Source: Mustelus asterias
Lineage: Eukaryota
Direction: 5' to 3'
DNA: 64,000 nt
Assembly: GCF_964213995.1 (NCBI RefSeq)
Contig: NC_135820.1
Span: 496,001-560,000 of the forward strand
The notes under the pieces were generated by a model. That model was not told where the DNA came from, searched no databases, and saw only the letters and a program-made list of their open reading frames with translations. The position numbers were made by a program, and so were the translations under genes. Below are positions 62,030 to 64,000 of this stretch, piece by piece (position 1 is the first letter of the stretch; the number at the start of each line of letters is the position of its first letter).

Positions 62030-63260
62030 AGGTCCCTTTATTCCTGTATCCCCTTTAGAGTTTCTCTCTTTAATTTATGCTGTCTCTCCATATTCTTCCT
62101 GCCAAAATGAATCACCTCACACTTTTCTGCATTGAACTTCATCTGCCACTTGTCTGCCCAATCCACCAATATGGCTGCATCCTTTTGAAATTTATTCAAG
62201 ACTATTCTTATCACAGTTGAGAATGTTTCCAATCTTCATATCATGTGCATATTTTGAAATCAAGCCCCAGACCATGTTAATATATATCAGAAGAGCAAGG
62301 GTTCAGATACTGACGCCTGTGGAAATCGACAACGAACCTTCCTCCAATCTGAAAAGCATCTATTTATCACCACACTGTGTCCTGTCACTCAGCCTGTTTT
62401 TTACTCAAGTGTCTACTTTCCCTTTTATTTTATAAGCTAGAATTCTGCTTACAAGTCTGTTGTATGACACTGTATGAAATGCTTTTGAAAATCCTGATAC
62501 ATCACATCAACATCATTACCCTAATCAATCTCTGTTACCTCCTCAAAACCACCAGCAAGTTAATTAATCCGTGCTGGCTCTCCTTAATTATCCTGCCATT
62601 GTCTAAGTGACGACTGATATTGTCCCGAATTATAGTTTCCAGAAGTTTCCCCACCACTGAATTCAAACTGATTGCTGTGCACTTGCCGGCTTTATCCTTG
62701 GGGGAGTCCAGAATTAGGGGTCATAGTTTGATGTTAAGAAGTAAACCTTTTAGAACTGAGGTGAGGAGATGTTTCTTCACCCAGAGGGTGGTGAATGTGT
62801 GGAATTCACTGCCACAGAAAGTAGTTGAGGCTAAAACGTTGTGTGATTTCAAGAAGAAATTAGATATAGCTCTTGAGGGTAAAGGGATCAAGTGATATGG
62901 GAGGGTAGGGGGATTAGGATATTGAATTTGATGAACAGCCATGATCAAATTGAATGGCAGAGCAGGGCTGAATGGCCTACTCCTGCTTCTAGTTTTTTTT
63001 TCCCATACTTCTATTTAAACAAGGGTATAACATTCGCAGTTCTCCAGTCTTCTGATATCACTCCTAAGTCTATGGAAGACTGGAAGATCATCACGAGTGC
63101 CTTTGCAATTTCTACTCTCTCTTTCCTCAGCATTCTTTGATGCATTCCATCCGGTCCTGGTACCTGATCAATGTTAAGTAAAGGTAACCTTTCTGACATC
63201 TCCACATTCTCATCTGTAAATTCCTCCAGGGTACCAATTAATTCCTTTTTTAAAAGTTTC
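62030..63260 (-). mobile_element. Degenerate CR1 RT fragment with a plus-strand CR1 3' end nested at ~62700-62995
   Basis: WADKWQMKFNAEKCEVIHFG, PGPDGMH, EDWRTANVIPLFK; FFTQRVVNVWNSLP on the plus strand. Confidence 0.85.
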
Positions 63261-64000
63261 ATTTATGGGATGCAGGCATCGCTGGCAAGTCCCAGCATTT
63301 ATTTCCCATCCCTATTTGCCTTGAGAAATGGTGGTGAGCTGCCTTCTTGAACCACTGCAATCTGTGAGGTGTAAATAAACCCACAGAGCTGTTAGGGAGG
63401 GAGTTCCAGAATTTTGACCCAATGACAGTGAAGGAATGGCCGATATATTTCCAAGCGCCAGGATGGTGAGTGACTTTGAGGAGAACTTCAGGGTGATGGT
63501 GTTCCTAGGTATCTGCTGGCCTTGTCCTTCTAGATGGTACCGATTGTGGGTTTGATAGGTGCTGCCTAAGGAACCTTGGTGAGTTCCTGCAGTGCATCTT
63601 GTAGATAGTATACACGGCTGTCACTGTGTGTCAGAGGGATCAAATATTTGTGGAAGGGTACCAATCAAGCGGGGCTGCTTTGTCCTGGATGGTGTCAAGC
63701 TTTTTGAATGTTGATGTAGCTGTACTCATCTAGGCAAGTGGAGACTGCTTCATTATACTCCTGACTTGTAGATGGTGGACAGGGGAGTCAGGAGGTGAGT
63801 TACTTGCCACAGAATTCCCAGCCTCTGACCTGCTCATGTAGCCACAGTATTTATACGGCTAGTCCAATTCAGTTTCTGATCAATGGTAACCCCCAGGGTG
63901 TTGATAGTGAGGGATTTGCCGATGCTAATGACATTGGATGTTGAGGGGCAATGGCCTGATTCCCTTTTGTTGGAGATGGCCATTGCCTGACACTTGTGTG
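63260..64000 (-). mobile_element. Old LINE 3' region (same family as 44020-45850)
   Basis: Reverse complement resembles ~45420-45850 (ATGGCCATCTCCAACAA, ACTGTGGCTACA.GAGCAGGTCAGAGGCTGGGAAT). Confidence 0.7.

Overview
Eukaryotic vertebrate DNA, almost certainly a shark/elasmobranch: HER1/CR1 LINEs, HE1-type V-SINEs, DeuSINE remnants, Rex1/Babar, Gypsy, Penelope and Harbinger elements make up most of the window, often nested 2-3 deep. The host content is a Siglec/MAG/CD22-like Ig-lectin cluster. One apparently complete minus-strand gene (57850->31029) has a leader, a V-set domain with the sialic-acid-binding Arg motif, two C2 domains, a TM exon and four cytoplasmic exons. Three of those cytoplasmic exons are mutually homologous Tyr-motif exons, separated from each other by 24-bp minisatellite arrays. 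Convergent plus-strand paralog pieces (cytoplasmic exon ~6.3 kb, pseudo-C2 ~9.2 kb, C2 10.9 kb, TM 15.5 kb) lie at the left. Most notable observations: an ODF2/cenexin-like coding fragment inside a decayed Gmr1-like LTR retrotransposon in a Siglec intron; a 25-bp micro-inversion and a LINE-exon fusion in the Ig pseudo-exon; a SINE-interrupted unknown ORF whose exons are also present as an inverted copy across a CpG-rich island; Penelope fold-back insertions and a minimal hammerhead ribozyme motif; and a 33-bp minisatellite apparently derived from the DeuSINE core. All family assignments come from motif recognition by eye, not from database searches.
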